This document shows, in pieces, positions 37,178-47,314 of a DNA stretch of 64,000 nt (within the stretch, counting starts at the first letter, position 1; every line of letters begins with the position of its first letter). This DNA is from Desulfurococcaceae archaeon (GTDB lineage Archaea; Thermoproteota; Thermoprotei_A; Sulfolobales; Desulfurococcaceae), in NCBI GenBank assembly GCA_038888155.1, contig JAWAJB010000001.1, positions 417,954-481,953 on the forward strand. Direction: 5' to 3'. The notes beneath the pieces are model-generated. The model did not search any database. It was not told the DNA's origin and saw only the letters and a program-made list of their open reading frames with translations. Position numbers and translations under genes: made by a program.

Positions 37178-38803
37178 TACCTTGCGCTTTTTAGCCTGAA
37201 ATTCCTCAGGAGTTCTCTCTAGTATTACCTCGTATAAAACAGCGATCCCCCCTCCGCTCTTAGGCCTCAGGAGCCTCCCCAGTCTCTGTATGAATTGACG
37301 CTTAGAGCTAGTGCCGGATACTATAATTCCAACGTTAGCGTCCGGTATGTCAAGGCCTTCGTCTCCCACAGTTGTGACTACTAATATCCCGCTGGGGGAG
37401 CTTTTGAATTGCTCCAGCACTTTCTTTCTCTCATTTTCAGGAGTGTCGCCTATTAGCAACAGGCCATTTACCCTTTCTGCAATGCCCTTAGCCTGGTCTA
37501 CGTATTGCGCGAAAACTATTACTTTACTGCCTTTCCTGTATTCCTCTAGCGCCAATTCCACAGCTTTATCTACTTTCACCGAAGATTTAGCGAGCAACAT
37601 CCTCATCTCGCTGTGCAACTTAAGGGCCTCTATTGCTCTGTAGTTCCCCCTATAAGCTTCTTGAAGAACCTGCTTGAACTCCTTGTTGCCAACTAGTGCT
37701 CGATATCTTTTCCTAAGGGCTTCATAGGCGGCACGCTCCTTTGAGTCCATTTTTACTTTCACTGTTACTATGTTGTACGGGGCGAGGAAACCGCGCTCAA
37801 CAAGCTCCGGGGGAGCCTTATAGTAAACTATTCCTCCCAAAAGCGGGAAAAGCTCTTCGTGCTTGCCGTCTTCCCTTATAGGAGTCGCTGAAAGGCCCAT
37901 TCTAAACACTGCAAGGCTGTGAAGAGCGATGTGCTTGAATTTATCTGCAGGCAAGTGGTGAACTTCATCTACTACAATCATTTTAAAGTAGGGCGAAAGA
38001 ACATTTATGTTCCTAAACCCGCTCTGATAGGTAGTGATAGTAATGGGTGCGAGCCTCTTCTCGCCGCTGTAGAAGAGCCCGACCATACTAGGTGGTATCG
38101 TAGTGCAGTTCGTTATGAAGCTCTGCCACTGGAAAACCTGCTCTTTAGTGTAGACAACTACGAGCGTCCTGACAGACTTTTGCACTATTGCTGCTATAGC
38201 AATTAACGTCTTTCCAGATCCCGTCGGCAGGGATATTATTCCCCTTCCCCTATTCTCAATCCACTTGTTCAAGGCCTCCTCTTGGTAAGGTCTTAGCGCA
38301 ACGTTCTTCAGCTCTGGCTTCAACATAAGCGGCTTATCAGAGAATATGTTGTCAGCATCTACAACGGATAGCCCGAGGTTTCTAAAGTACTGCAGGGCAT
38401 CGTAGGCGTAGTAGGGCAGTACCTCAACGACAACTCTCCCGCTAGAAGAATCAGAGTACTTGCTGCCAATTTTCCTCAAGAAGTCCCTAGTAGATTGATA
38501 GAGAAGCTTTGTTAGCTGAATTTTTACGACTCCCTTAATTTGCGACCACGTGAAAACGGGGGAGTGCTCCTCGAAAGCTCTCTCGAGGTCGTTGGCAGAG
38601 CCCTCGAGCACGGCTCCGTATTCATTAATAATGCCTCTAATGTCCTCGAAAAGATATCCATTTTTTAGCGCTTTTTCAAGGTTTAGCTGAAATTTCCTGT
38701 AGCCGTTTTCGTGTCCAACGTACTCTGATACTTTAAGTATTTCCCTAAATTCAGCTTCGTCAAGCCACTTCCTTATCTTAAAAACTATAGGCAAGCCTAT
38801 CAC
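37148..38803 (-). CDS. xpb: XPB/Rad25-family DNA helicase
   Basis: LRPYQ, PTGSGKT, DEVHH, GLSATPIRED (RED motif), QRLGRLLR. Confidence 0.93.
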   Translation of the reverse strand: MIGLPIVFKIRKWLDEAEFREILKVSEYVGHENGYRKFQLNLEKALKNGYLFEDIRGIINEYGAVLEGSANDLERAFEEHSPVFTWSQIKGVVKIQLTKLLYQSTRDFLRKIGSKYSDSSSGRVVVEVLPYYAYDALQYFRNLGLSVVDADNIFSDKPLMLKPELKNVALRPYQEEALNKWIENRGRGIISLPTGSGKTLIAIAAIVQKSVRTLVVVYTKEQVFQWQSFITNCTTIPPSMVGLFYSGEKRLAPITITTYQSGFRNINVLSPYFKMIVVDEVHHLPADKFKHIALHSLAVFRMGLSATPIREDGKHEELFPLLGGIVYYKAPPELVERGFLAPYNIVTVKVKMDSKERAAYEALRKRYRALVGNKEFKQVLQEAYRGNYRAIEALKLHSEMRMLLAKSSVKVDKAVELALEEYRKGSKVIVFAQYVDQAKGIAERVNGLLLIGDTPENERKKVLEQFKSSPSGILVVTTVGDEGLDIPDANVGIIVSGTSSKRQFIQRLGRLLRPKSGGGIAVLYEVILERTPEEFQAKKRKVLDIDSFDEP

Positions 38804-39273
38804 CCCTCAATGAAAACGCCGACCTCCTCGTAGTCAGCGGGTTTGCGCTCGTCCCAATCGCCCTCCAATTCTCTAAACACCAAGCAGTACACTCCAAAGC
38901 TGTAGTTTTTATCTATGTAAAAAGTAGCGGCCTCCTTATCGCTAGTAATTAATGCAGCGTATTTAAATAGCGACGATATCCTTTCGTCAACGGCTGCACT
39001 GAGCGGTACGCTTACGCTTAAGCCCAGAAAACGCACTCTACACTCCTCTAGATCTACAACTACCTGTAAGTACGCGCACGCTTTAATTTCGCCCTGCGTG
39101 CGGCAGATCTTTACGTAGTCCAAGCTTAGAGCTAGCGCCTCGTCGAGCGCCATCGAAACAGCTCTCTCTAGTTTCATTTTTCTCAATAGAGGGTCTAGAT
39201 CACACCTGTGAGACACTTTTGCTCGCCGCGTGGGTTTATCATCAAGGCCATCAGTACTTAAAACCCCGCTCAT
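38800..39273 (-). CDS. hypothetical protein
   Basis: ORF with a 4-nt overlap with the xpb start. Confidence 0.65.
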   Translation of the reverse strand: MSGVLSTDGLDDKPTRRAKVSHRCDLDPLLRKMKLERAVSMALDEALALSLDYVKICRTQGEIKACAYLQVVVDLEECRVRFLGLSVSVPLSAAVDERISSLFKYAALITSDKEAATFYIDKNYSFGVYCLVFRELEGDWDERKPADYEEVGVFIEG

Positions 39274-39324
39274 CGCCCCTGATAAAGATTTTTAATTACC
39301 TTAATTAACTCTTTTACTACGTAG

Positions 39325-40143
39325 ATGGTGGCAGCATTGAGGACTTGGAATAAGAGGGTGCTGGTAATAAGGAGACCAAGCGAGATGGATGTGAAGTTCT
39401 TCACTGACAGGTTAATTAGCTCCCACGGCCGCAGCAAAGCCGATAGAATGAAGCTGAGGCTCTTGGCCTGCGAAGTTCTCAGGCTGCTCAAGCCCGTGCT
39501 GTCATACAGAGATCTTTACGAGCTGACAGCTCTACCGGAGTCTGTCCTCTGTAGGTACGTGAAGGGATCAGTTATACCTAGTTTTGATCATGCCGTTAGA
39601 ATACTGGCGAAGACCTCTCTGTCTATCGACCTTGGGTACCTCTTAAAGGACCTCGTAGAGAGAGAGAAGAGCCCCATAATAGATTTGCTTAGGGTATTGA
39701 AAGATCCTTACGTGACTAGGCTTCTCTCAATTATGATAATGCTTGAGCTAGTTGATAAGAACGTAACGAGAGTAGTTGCAACAGCTGAAGCTGTGTTGCC
39801 CATAGCTACAATGCTATCCCTCGAATTCGGCGCATCTGTGGTCCTAGTTAAGAGGAAAAGCTACCCCGGAGTACAGTACTACAGCGTAATGGTTATGAGG
39901 GGCCCTAGGGACGTTGAGACCCTCTACCTAGATAAGGATTTAATTACCAGGAAGGACAAAATTCTAGTGATCTCGGATGTAGTTTACACGGGTAAAACGC
40001 TGGAATCAGTTCTCCACATGTTAATGAAGTCTAGGGCAGAGATACTCAATGTAATAGTGGTAATGGGGCTGGGGACGGCGTGGGAGGAAAGGCTCCAGCA
40101 GTTTAAGGTCAAGGTGCTCTCAATGGTCCCCTTTGAGATCTAG
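39325..40143 (+). CDS. HTH-phosphoribosyltransferase fusion (PurR-like regulator)
   Basis: LSYRDLYELTALPESVLCRYVKG HTH followed by a PRT fold with ISDVVYTGKT; likely start at 39385. Confidence 0.8.
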   Translation: MVAALRTWNKRVLVIRRPSEMDVKFFTDRLISSHGRSKADRMKLRLLACEVLRLLKPVLSYRDLYELTALPESVLCRYVKGSVIPSFDHAVRILAKTSLSIDLGYLLKDLVEREKSPIIDLLRVLKDPYVTRLLSIMIMLELVDKNVTRVVATAEAVLPIATMLSLEFGASVVLVKRKSYPGVQYYSVMVMRGPRDVETLYLDKDLITRKDKILVISDVVYTGKTLESVLHMLMKSRAEILNVIVVMGLGTAWEERLQQFKVKVLSMVPFEI

Positions 40144-40208
40144 CTATTTACCTAGGTAACGCTATTAAAAGGCTATTTTCAAATATACTGGAGAGGTGGT
40201 TCTAGCTG

Positions 40209-40616
40209 ATGTCTATCGAGGAAACAGTGAAAGTAGACTCCAAGGGTAGGATTACAATACCATCGACTATAAGAGAGCTATTTGATATACGCGAAGGCAT
40301 GTACATGCTCATGATAGCTGATAAGAGCTCTAAGGAGATCAAGCTCGTCGTGCTTCCAATTGCGGCACAGTTGTTAAAGTTAAGGCTCCTAGTTGAGGAT
40401 AGAATGGGGGTGTTGGCTGAAATAACCCGCTTCCTCGCAGGGCACAGCATTGATATAGTGTCAACGAAGTGCATTGTACTCAAGCGAGAAGAGCTAGGGG
40501 AGTGCGAAATGATAATTGACATCAGCCGGGGCACTATTGTTGAGATAAAGGATATAGAGGATAAGCTGAGAACGCTAGAGCCCGTTAAGCTAGTAGAGGT
40601 TTCAAAGATGATGTAG
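40209..40616 (+). CDS. AbrB/SpoVT DNA-binding plus ACT domain regulator
   Basis: VKVDSKGRITIPSTIRE; EDRMGVLAEIT ACT motif. Confidence 0.9.
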   Translation: MSIEETVKVDSKGRITIPSTIRELFDIREGMYMLMIADKSSKEIKLVVLPIAAQLLKLRLLVEDRMGVLAEITRFLAGHSIDIVSTKCIVLKREELGECEMIIDISRGTIVEIKDIEDKLRTLEPVKLVEVSKMM

Positions 40617-40634
40617 TCCGAGAGTGACTACAGC

Positions 40635-41408
40635 TTGAAGTTTGTTTACGTTGGGTGCTGCGGTTTCCCCTGTTCTAGAAAAAAGTACTTTGAGCTTTTC
40701 AGCGTAGTTGAGTTGCAGAACACATTCTACGACCTGCCAAGCGTAAGCTGGGCAGAGGGGATTAGGAGAGAAGCGCCCACAGAGTTCAGGTTCGCTGTTA
40801 AGGCGTGGCAGGTAATAACGCATCCCTCCAGTTCACCCACTTGGAGGAAAATGAAGAAGAAGCCGAATGGCTACATAGAGAACTACGGCTACCTGAGGCC
40901 AACGAGGGAAAACGTTGAGGCATTCAAGAAAACGGTCGAGCTAGCTAGAGTACTTAGAGCAGAGGTCATAGTGCTACAGACTCCCCCAACTATGCCGCAC
41001 AGCGAGAGTGCACTGGGATGGGCTCACTCCTTTTTCGAGGAGGTTAAACCCCTCGTGGACAGAAGCGCCATCATTGCTTGGGAGGTACGCGGGCCTTTGG
41101 CGTACAGCCCGCATTTAAGGGATGTCTTCGAGGGGCACGATTTGCTACACGTAGTAGACATTCTCAAAAATAAGCCTATCTACAAGCACAGCAGGGGTTT
41201 GCTCTACACTAGGCTTCACGGAATAGGGCGGGGCGAAGTGAACTATAAGTACAACTACACAGAGGCTGACCTAAACAAGCTCTGTTCGGCGATCTTCAGC
41301 GAGGAGCCCAGAGAAGCGTACATACTGTTCAATAACATAAGAATGTTAGACAACGCCTTAAAGTTGAAAAGCATGCTCAAATCGACAGAAGACCTATCAG
41401 CCTTGTGA
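40635..41408 (+). CDS. DUF72 family protein
   Basis: VGCCGF, VELQNTFY, FAVKAWQVITH, QTPP, WEVR, YTRLHG, FNN. Confidence 0.92.
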   Translation: MKFVYVGCCGFPCSRKKYFELFSVVELQNTFYDLPSVSWAEGIRREAPTEFRFAVKAWQVITHPSSSPTWRKMKKKPNGYIENYGYLRPTRENVEAFKKTVELARVLRAEVIVLQTPPTMPHSESALGWAHSFFEEVKPLVDRSAIIAWEVRGPLAYSPHLRDVFEGHDLLHVVDILKNKPIYKHSRGLLYTRLHGIGRGEVNYKYNYTEADLNKLCSAIFSEEPREAYILFNNIRMLDNALKLKSMLKSTEDLSAL

Positions 41409-41422
41409 AGTAAGAGTGCAAC

Positions 41423-42502
41423 TTAACGTGGGCTGACTACAGCTAAGAGGTTTTCTTGGATAGGCTGAGTAACTAATCCGCGCTCTGTAATAATTGCTGA
41501 TATAAGATCTGGGTCTGTAATATCAAAGGCGTAGTTCAAGGCGTTTACTTCCTTTAGGGTAATTAGCGCGCCCTGGACGTACTTAACCTCGTTTGGGTCG
41601 CGCTCTTCTATGACTACGTCGCTAATGGTCCTCGATAAATCAACAGTGCTCACTGGGGCAGCAACGTAGAAAGGCAAGTTATTCCTCTTACTGGCAAGCG
41701 CGATAGCGTAAGTGCCGATCTTGTTTACGACGTACCCATCCCTCGTTATCCTGTCTGCCCCAACAACAGCTAGGTCTACACCCTTCTTGCGTATAAGCAT
41801 GCCGGCCGCGCCATCTGTTATTAGCGTTACAGGTATCCCCTCCTTTACGAGTTCATAGGCGGTTAGCCTCGCGCCCTGGAGCATAGGTCTAGTCTCAGTC
41901 GCTACAACTCTTATCTTCTTGCCTTTATACCAAGCTATCCTTATGACAGCTAGAGCTGTTCCATACGCAGAGGTAGCTAAAGCCCCTGCGTTACAGTGCG
42001 TTAGTATTGTTGCGTTGTCTGGAACTAGCTCTGCGCCAAGCTCCCCTATCTTGGCATTAGCTTCTACATCTTCCTGGTAAATTTTCAACGCCTCACTGAC
42101 TAGCAGTTCAGCTACGCTATAGGAGTCTGTAGCGGTAGGGACGCTCTCCTCAACGACCTCGCGAAGCCTCCTTAAAGCGTAAAACAAATTATAGGCAGTA
42201 GGCCTCGTGCGCAGTAGAACCTCGACAGCTGACCGCACTTTATTGGCGAACTCCTCTAGGGGAAGATCGGCGATCTTGAGGGCATACGCGCCTAGGACAA
42301 GCGCTGCTGCTACCCCTATTGCAGGGGCTCCCCTAATCTCCATATCCACTATTGCTCTCGCTACCCTAGAGGGGTCGTTAGAGCAAAGCACCTCCTCTTG
42401 GTGCGGAAGCTTAAGGGTGTTTAGCCAGCATAGAGCATTTGAGGTCCTATCAAACCAAACTGCCCTCACGCTTATCGGGTATGGAAAACTCAATGGGATC
42501 AC
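41423..42502 (-). CDS. mtnA: methylthioribose-1-phosphate isomerase (canonical copy)
   Basis: IRGAPAIG, RPTAYNL, EDVEAN, THCNAGALATSAYGTAL, VGADRI, NKIGTY. Confidence 0.92.
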   Translation of the reverse strand: MIPLSFPYPISVRAVWFDRTSNALCWLNTLKLPHQEEVLCSNDPSRVARAIVDMEIRGAPAIGVAAALVLGAYALKIADLPLEEFANKVRSAVEVLLRTRPTAYNLFYALRRLREVVEESVPTATDSYSVAELLVSEALKIYQEDVEANAKIGELGAELVPDNATILTHCNAGALATSAYGTALAVIRIAWYKGKKIRVVATETRPMLQGARLTAYELVKEGIPVTLITDGAAGMLIRKKGVDLAVVGADRITRDGYVVNKIGTYAIALASKRNNLPFYVAAPVSTVDLSRTISDVVIEERDPNEVKYVQGALITLKEVNALNYAFDITDPDLISAIITERGLVTQPIQENLLAVVSPR

Positions 42503-42602
42503 CAGTGGCTCACTTATAGAAATGCCCTCGCAAAATTAAAAGCAGTTGCCCAGAGATTAGGCGAGCTGATCCGCGGATGCAAATAGGGCCTAGAGCAATT
42601 AA

Positions 42603-42818
42603 TTAGAGAATGTAGCTATCTATTTTCTCGCTGAACTTCATGATCATAATAAACGAAAGTCTACCGTCTTTAAACCCCAACGCCACGTTGCCGTCTTCGC
42701 TTAAGACCTCTTCATCGGCGCCCTCTTCTCCAAAGTAGATATAAAGTATGTCGTTTTGCCTATCGTACTCTACTTCGACACTAGTGGGCATCTTTACAGC
42801 GTAGTTTCTCTCCTCCAC
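42603..42818 (-). CDS. DUF2283-like small protein
   Basis: YDRQNDILYIYF motif. Confidence 0.75.
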   Translation of the reverse strand: MEERNYAVKMPTSVEVEYDRQNDILYIYFGEEGADEEVLSEDGNVALGFKDGRLSFIMIMKFSEKIDSYIL

Positions 42819-42835
42819 GGCAGATCACTTATCGC

Positions 42836-43150
42836 TTATACTGGGGATAGCACGACGTCTGTGAAGTCTAGCGGTAGAGGTCTGTTTTTATCTTTATACT
42901 CGTCGTACTTCTTCTCCAAGAAGCTACGGAATATTGTACAAGTGTCAAACTTTCCCTCTCTATCGCACTTGGCACCTATTGCTAGGAAACACATCTTAGT
43001 TCTCTTGTCAAAGTACGGGCACATTTTGTGGTACTGCTTTGCGCTGCGCAATATCCTGTTGACCCACTTCTGCTTTTCATCTACTTTCTTGTCCTGTTTT
43101 TCCATTAATGCCTCTGCAAGGTCCTTTTCTGATATTCTCGTAGAAGACAA
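42836..43150 (-). CDS. conserved hypothetical Cys-containing protein
   Basis: CPYFD..CFL..KCDREGKFDTC..LPLDF; probably binds a metal. Confidence 0.7.
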   Translation of the reverse strand: MSSTRISEKDLAEALMEKQDKKVDEKQKWVNRILRSAKQYHKMCPYFDKRTKMCFLAIGAKCDREGKFDTCTIFRSFLEKKYDEYKDKNRPLPLDFTDVVLSPV

Positions 43151-43215
43151 TCAAAATCACCTCCTTTCTTCACTAAAACTATACTAGACAATAATCCAAT
43201 ATAAAGTATAGCGAG

Positions 43216-44376
43216 TTGGTGCACTTAATGGATAGCCAAATAATTGCGTTAGAGCTCATGAAGATCTACGGGAGCTCTACGAGCTCTTTAGTGAGGCGCT
43301 TAGAGACCCCGCCCAAGAGGCTCTACGCAAGGGTTAATACGTTGCGGGCTACGCGCGAGGAAGTACTAGAGAGCCTCTTAAGAGAGGGGGTCGAGGCACA
43401 CCCAGATGATAGCATAAGCGACGCTGTGTACTTCGAGGTTCAAGGCCCATTTAAGTTTGAGTGCAACGCCAGCAAAGCAATAGTTGTGGACAAGAAAACA
43501 GCTGTGTCATTAATGCTGGGGGCGAACTTATATAGGCCTGGAGTAATTAAAATAACATCCTTTGAGAGAGGAGAGCTCCTGCTAGCAGTTAGCGAGAACT
43601 ACATACCTGTAGCCTGCCTAGAAGCCGCACTAACGCACAAGGAGGCGATGTCTCTACGAAAGGGCTTAATAGGGATAAACAGGGGCTCACCCTACAGAGC
43701 GCCGAGAATAGCAGAGACAAAGGCATACATAAGCGGGCTGATATACTCGCAGAGCGCCCCCAGTATTTTAACTTCTTATGCCCTCGACCCCAGAAAAGAC
43801 GAGTTGGTCGTAGATATGAATGCAGCCCCTGGGGGGAAAACAGGACACGTTGTTCAGCTAACTAGCGGGAGAGCTCGCGTAGTTGCAGTTGATAGAAACG
43901 AGAGGAAAATAGAAGCTCTCACAACCACACTACTACATTTGGGCTTATATCTAAACGTGTTGCCGCTTTCAATGGACTCAAGGTATATACACCTAGACCT
44001 AAACCTTCACGAAAAGGCAGATAAGGTGCTCATAGATCCTCCGTGCAGTAACCTAGGCGTAAGACCACTACTGGGGGCAAAAAGAACGCTTAGCTCAGTT
44101 ACTAGCCTCGCTAAATACCAAAGGCAGTTCCTAAAAGCTGCTTGGCACGTTTTAAAGCCTGGGGGGAGGCTGGTTTACTCTACCTGCACGTTAACTCTTA
44201 GCGAGAACGAGGAGAACATAGCATACGCCGTAGAATACTTGGGGTTTAGCGTAGCTGAGCTCGAGAGCCCTCCACCTTACTCAGATAAAGTTTCCTATAG
44301 GGGCGTAACTGCTTATAGGTTCTCGCCCCTACTAGCGGACATGCCTGGCTACTTCATAGCCGTGCTTACTAAGTAG
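43216..44376 (+). CDS. RsmB/NOP-family RNA m5C methyltransferase with PUA domain (NSUN6-like)
   Basis: ARVNTL, GANLYRPG (PUA), DMNAAPGGKT, DPPCS, VYSTCT..ENE. Confidence 0.92.
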   Translation: MVHLMDSQIIALELMKIYGSSTSSLVRRLETPPKRLYARVNTLRATREEVLESLLREGVEAHPDDSISDAVYFEVQGPFKFECNASKAIVVDKKTAVSLMLGANLYRPGVIKITSFERGELLLAVSENYIPVACLEAALTHKEAMSLRKGLIGINRGSPYRAPRIAETKAYISGLIYSQSAPSILTSYALDPRKDELVVDMNAAPGGKTGHVVQLTSGRARVVAVDRNERKIEALTTTLLHLGLYLNVLPLSMDSRYIHLDLNLHEKADKVLIDPPCSNLGVRPLLGAKRTLSSVTSLAKYQRQFLKAAWHVLKPGGRLVYSTCTLTLSENEENIAYAVEYLGFSVAELESPPPYSDKVSYRGVTAYRFSPLLADMPGYFIAVLTK

Positions 44377-44908
44377 TCCTTGCCCTGATGATCTTCGATC
44401 CGCATAGGGGGCAGGTCTCCTCACCGGGTCTACTGGGGACGTATTTGCACACTGGGCAGTATGCAGCGAAAACCCTCAATTCGCTGATCCCCCGCGTCCT
44501 CAGGGGCTTAAAGCTCACGCCAATGTACATGAGGAGGTTCTGTAGTTCGTAGTCGTCTGTTATAACAATTACCTTCGCGTACTTTCTTTGAACTTCTAAT
44601 GAGGTTGCAACTACCTCTAGATCCGCGCTTGATAGTTTGTGCAGACACCCTACGCTCTGGGCCAGCTTAAAGGCCTGCTCTTTAAAGCCCTTTTGAGGGG
44701 AAATCACCTCGACAATGTTGAGATTAATTGCCTCCTCGAGAGCCAACCTGTTCTCTGCGTCCTTTACTTCGCTGACTACGCCTATGGGCACGAGAATATC
44801 AGCCGATAACCTAGGGGCAAATCTGTAGTACTTCGCTAGTAGAGCAGTTGTATCTAAGACTACTGCAAGCTCTTTATTGGAGTACCTGCTGTCTGTACTC
44901 AACTGCAA
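44369..44908 (-). CDS. nob1: Nob1 PIN endonuclease
   Basis: LDTT, EV, LSSAD, TDDYELQN, C-terminal CPVC..CPLCG. Confidence 0.9.
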   Translation of the reverse strand: MQLSTDSRYSNKELAVVLDTTALLAKYYRFAPRLSADILVPIGVVSEVKDAENRLALEEAINLNIVEVISPQKGFKEQAFKLAQSVGCLHKLSSADLEVVATSLEVQRKYAKVIVITDDYELQNLLMYIGVSFKPLRTRGISELRVFAAYCPVCKYVPSRPGEETCPLCGSKIIRARTT

Positions 44909-45728
44909 CCCTCATAATATCTCTAAAAGGTAAAACCCGTATAACCTTAGCGTAGTTAAATCCGCTTGTTACATCAATTGAAGAGTTCCGCTTTAAGACT
45001 GCAAATAAGTCGCCGTCTACGTACAAGCACGATTCGTTCTTTGCAGTCACTCTAACGCTCGCAAGCGATGGGAAAACCGCAGTAGGGACCCCTAGTTGCA
45101 GCGGGTTTAGAGGCGTTATTAGCACGGCCTCTGTTAGCGGGGCCATTAAGGGACCTTTAGCCGATAAATTGTAGCCGCTTGAACCTGGGGAAGTACTAAC
45201 TATTACGCCGTCGCCCTCGAATGAATACCTGCTTTTTGCTGAAGGCGAGACCACCTCAACGCTGTAAGTAGAAACCTTGCCCAAGTCAGTGCTGACCACT
45301 ACAGCTTCATTCAGGAAGTACGTGCACTTTGAGGCGTAGCAAACTCTTGATCTAGGCAGTAGTTCCACGAAAAATTTTCCACTCATAACGCTATTTACAA
45401 TTTCCTCCACGTTAAATGAGAGGTGCTCGTAATAGGCATTTCTTCGGCCGCAGGGATATGGAAGGATAAGCGGATTGTTGCGCGGAGAGGTAAACGCCCT
45501 AACTGACCTCAGAAAGGTTCCGTCGCCGCCCACGCTTACGAGGAGATCGAGCCCAGGTACCTCTTCTTTTAGGTCGGCCTTCTCAGCGTGTGATAAATCA
45601 TCTACGGTAATAATATGTGCCCTTACCCCGTGCGAGCTGAGAAGAGAGCTTATAGCTCTGGCCTTCTCGAAGCACTTATTTATTGGCTTGTAAACGACAA
45701 TTGCTTTTTCTAGCATTTTTATCCACAA
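44874..45728 (-). CDS. nadK: NAD kinase
   Basis: GGDGTFL, LNE, GDGVIVSTSPGSSGYNLSAKGP, VDG. Confidence 0.88.
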   Translation of the reverse strand: MWIKMLEKAIVVYKPINKCFEKARAISSLLSSHGVRAHIITVDDLSHAEKADLKEEVPGLDLLVSVGGDGTFLRSVRAFTSPRNNPLILPYPCGRRNAYYEHLSFNVEEIVNSVMSGKFFVELLPRSRVCYASKCTYFLNEAVVVSTDLGKVSTYSVEVVSPSAKSRYSFEGDGVIVSTSPGSSGYNLSAKGPLMAPLTEAVLITPLNPLQLGVPTAVFPSLASVRVTAKNESCLYVDGDLFAVLKRNSSIDVTSGFNYAKVIRVLPFRDIMRVAVEYRQQVLQ

Positions 45729-45820
45729 AAAACTCTATATTAGTCCCCACTGTTTATTTAAAACATCAGTTTTTATTGTTTCCACACGAGTTGACTCAGG
45801 GGCTATTAAAGGTCCGCGTA

Positions 45821-46804
45821 ATGCCTCGATGCATTAGCGTTCACAAGGACTTAGCGGAGAGAGCTATAAGGGAGCTCAGGAAAAAGAACCTCATAGACGA
45901 AGGCTACTTGATCGCAAAAGTAGGAGACCGAGTGCTTATACCAGTACTAGAAGCCTCACATGAAATAGAGCTATCCTTTGGGAGGGAGCAGGCATTTGAG
46001 TGCACGCTACAGCCTAGAAATAGAGCCCCCTCTGCCGTTAAAATGCCCTCCCTTGACGTCCTCGGGGAGGCAGTCATTTTGCGAGAGAAAGCCCTTATGT
46101 ACAGGTCGCTCCAGGAAGTCATTGACTCCGTAAGGCAGGTATACCCGCGAGTAAGGGCAATATGGGTTAAAGAAGAGACAGCAGATGTATACAGGAGACC
46201 AGTTTTAAGGCTACTCTGGGGAGAGGAAGTAAGGGACGTCGTAGTAAAAGAGTATAAAATAAAAATTAAAATAACGCTGGGCGATGTGTACTACAACCCT
46301 AGGTTAGCAGAAGAGCATCGTAGAGTAGCTAAGCTAGTTAAAGGGGGAGAGGTAATTGTTGACGCGTTCAGCGGAGTAGGGTGCTTCTCGCTTCATGTAG
46401 CCTCCTCCGCGTTAAGTCTAGTCATAGCGAACGACATTAACCCTGCGGCTTACGACCTCCTAGTAGAGAACATTAGCATGAATAGGAAGGGTCTCAGGGG
46501 AACAATAATACCTCTCAACCTCGACTCAGCCGAACTTCCGTCAGTTTTATCCGAGGGAAGAGCAGATAGAGTAATAGCAGACCTGCCGCTCAAGAGCCTC
46601 GATTACGTAGAAGTATACGAAAAGCTCCTCAAGCCGGGTGGAGTGCTTCACTTATACATGCACTCTTCAAGCGTAGAGGACGCTAAAATCAGCGCCGCAG
46701 AGCGGCTTAGGGGCTGGTTCATTAGCGGGTGCAGAGAAGTATTGGAGTACTCGCCTAGAACGGGGATCTTTAGGTGCGATATAAGGAAGCCTAATAACAT
46801 ATAA
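45821..46804 (+). CDS. Trm5/Taw2-family tRNA SAM-dependent transferase
   Basis: VYYNPRLAEEH, DAFSGVG, NDINP, DRVIADLP; start trimmed to the ATG at 45821. Confidence 0.85.
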   Translation: MPRCISVHKDLAERAIRELRKKNLIDEGYLIAKVGDRVLIPVLEASHEIELSFGREQAFECTLQPRNRAPSAVKMPSLDVLGEAVILREKALMYRSLQEVIDSVRQVYPRVRAIWVKEETADVYRRPVLRLLWGEEVRDVVVKEYKIKIKITLGDVYYNPRLAEEHRRVAKLVKGGEVIVDAFSGVGCFSLHVASSALSLVIANDINPAAYDLLVENISMNRKGLRGTIIPLNLDSAELPSVLSEGRADRVIADLPLKSLDYVEVYEKLLKPGGVLHLYMHSSSVEDAKISAAERLRGWFISGCREVLEYSPRTGIFRCDIRKPNNI

Positions 46805-47213
46805 GCACAACGGAGAGAGTTGCTAAGGGGTCTTTAAGCCTCGCTATTAACTCGCGGTCAATATCTTGAGCAGCTTTATTGGCCATTAAACCAATTGTAG
46901 CCGGCTCTATGTAGTTGCTTTTACGAACTATTACCCTACTTCTATCACACAAGAGCAAGTCTGGATGCCCTTTGGCTTGAATGAAATCTCTAATTTCCTC
47001 TACTTCAAGTACGACTAAGAGCGTGGAGCTCTCTTTTCTCAGGCACTCCTTGAACTCTTCGCTTAAATCAAAAGCAGCTTTGTCGGCCGAAACACCTATT
47101 ATGCAGTCTCCCCGCAGAGTTAAAAAGCTCTCCTTTGTTACCTCAAAGGTAGTTCTGTGAGAAGCCTTTATATTAGGGTGCCCTTTAGCCTTAATTACCT
47201 CAAGGCAGGCCAT
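46791..47213 (-). CDS. DUF371 family protein
   Basis: GHPNIKASHRTTFEVTKE..GDCIIGV, VRKS, ANKAA. Confidence 0.92.
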   Translation of the reverse strand: MACLEVIKAKGHPNIKASHRTTFEVTKESFLTLRGDCIIGVSADKAAFDLSEEFKECLRKESSTLLVVLEVEEIRDFIQAKGHPDLLLCDRSRVIVRKSNYIEPATIGLMANKAAQDIDRELIARLKDPLATLSVVLICY

Positions 47214-47314
47214 ACCGCCCCTCTCTCCATAGTTTAAGTTAAATTAGGTAATCTTAGATATTAGGACTTAGATATTTAGCGGCCTTCAAATAAGTATAAG
47301 TGGTGTAAAATTAA

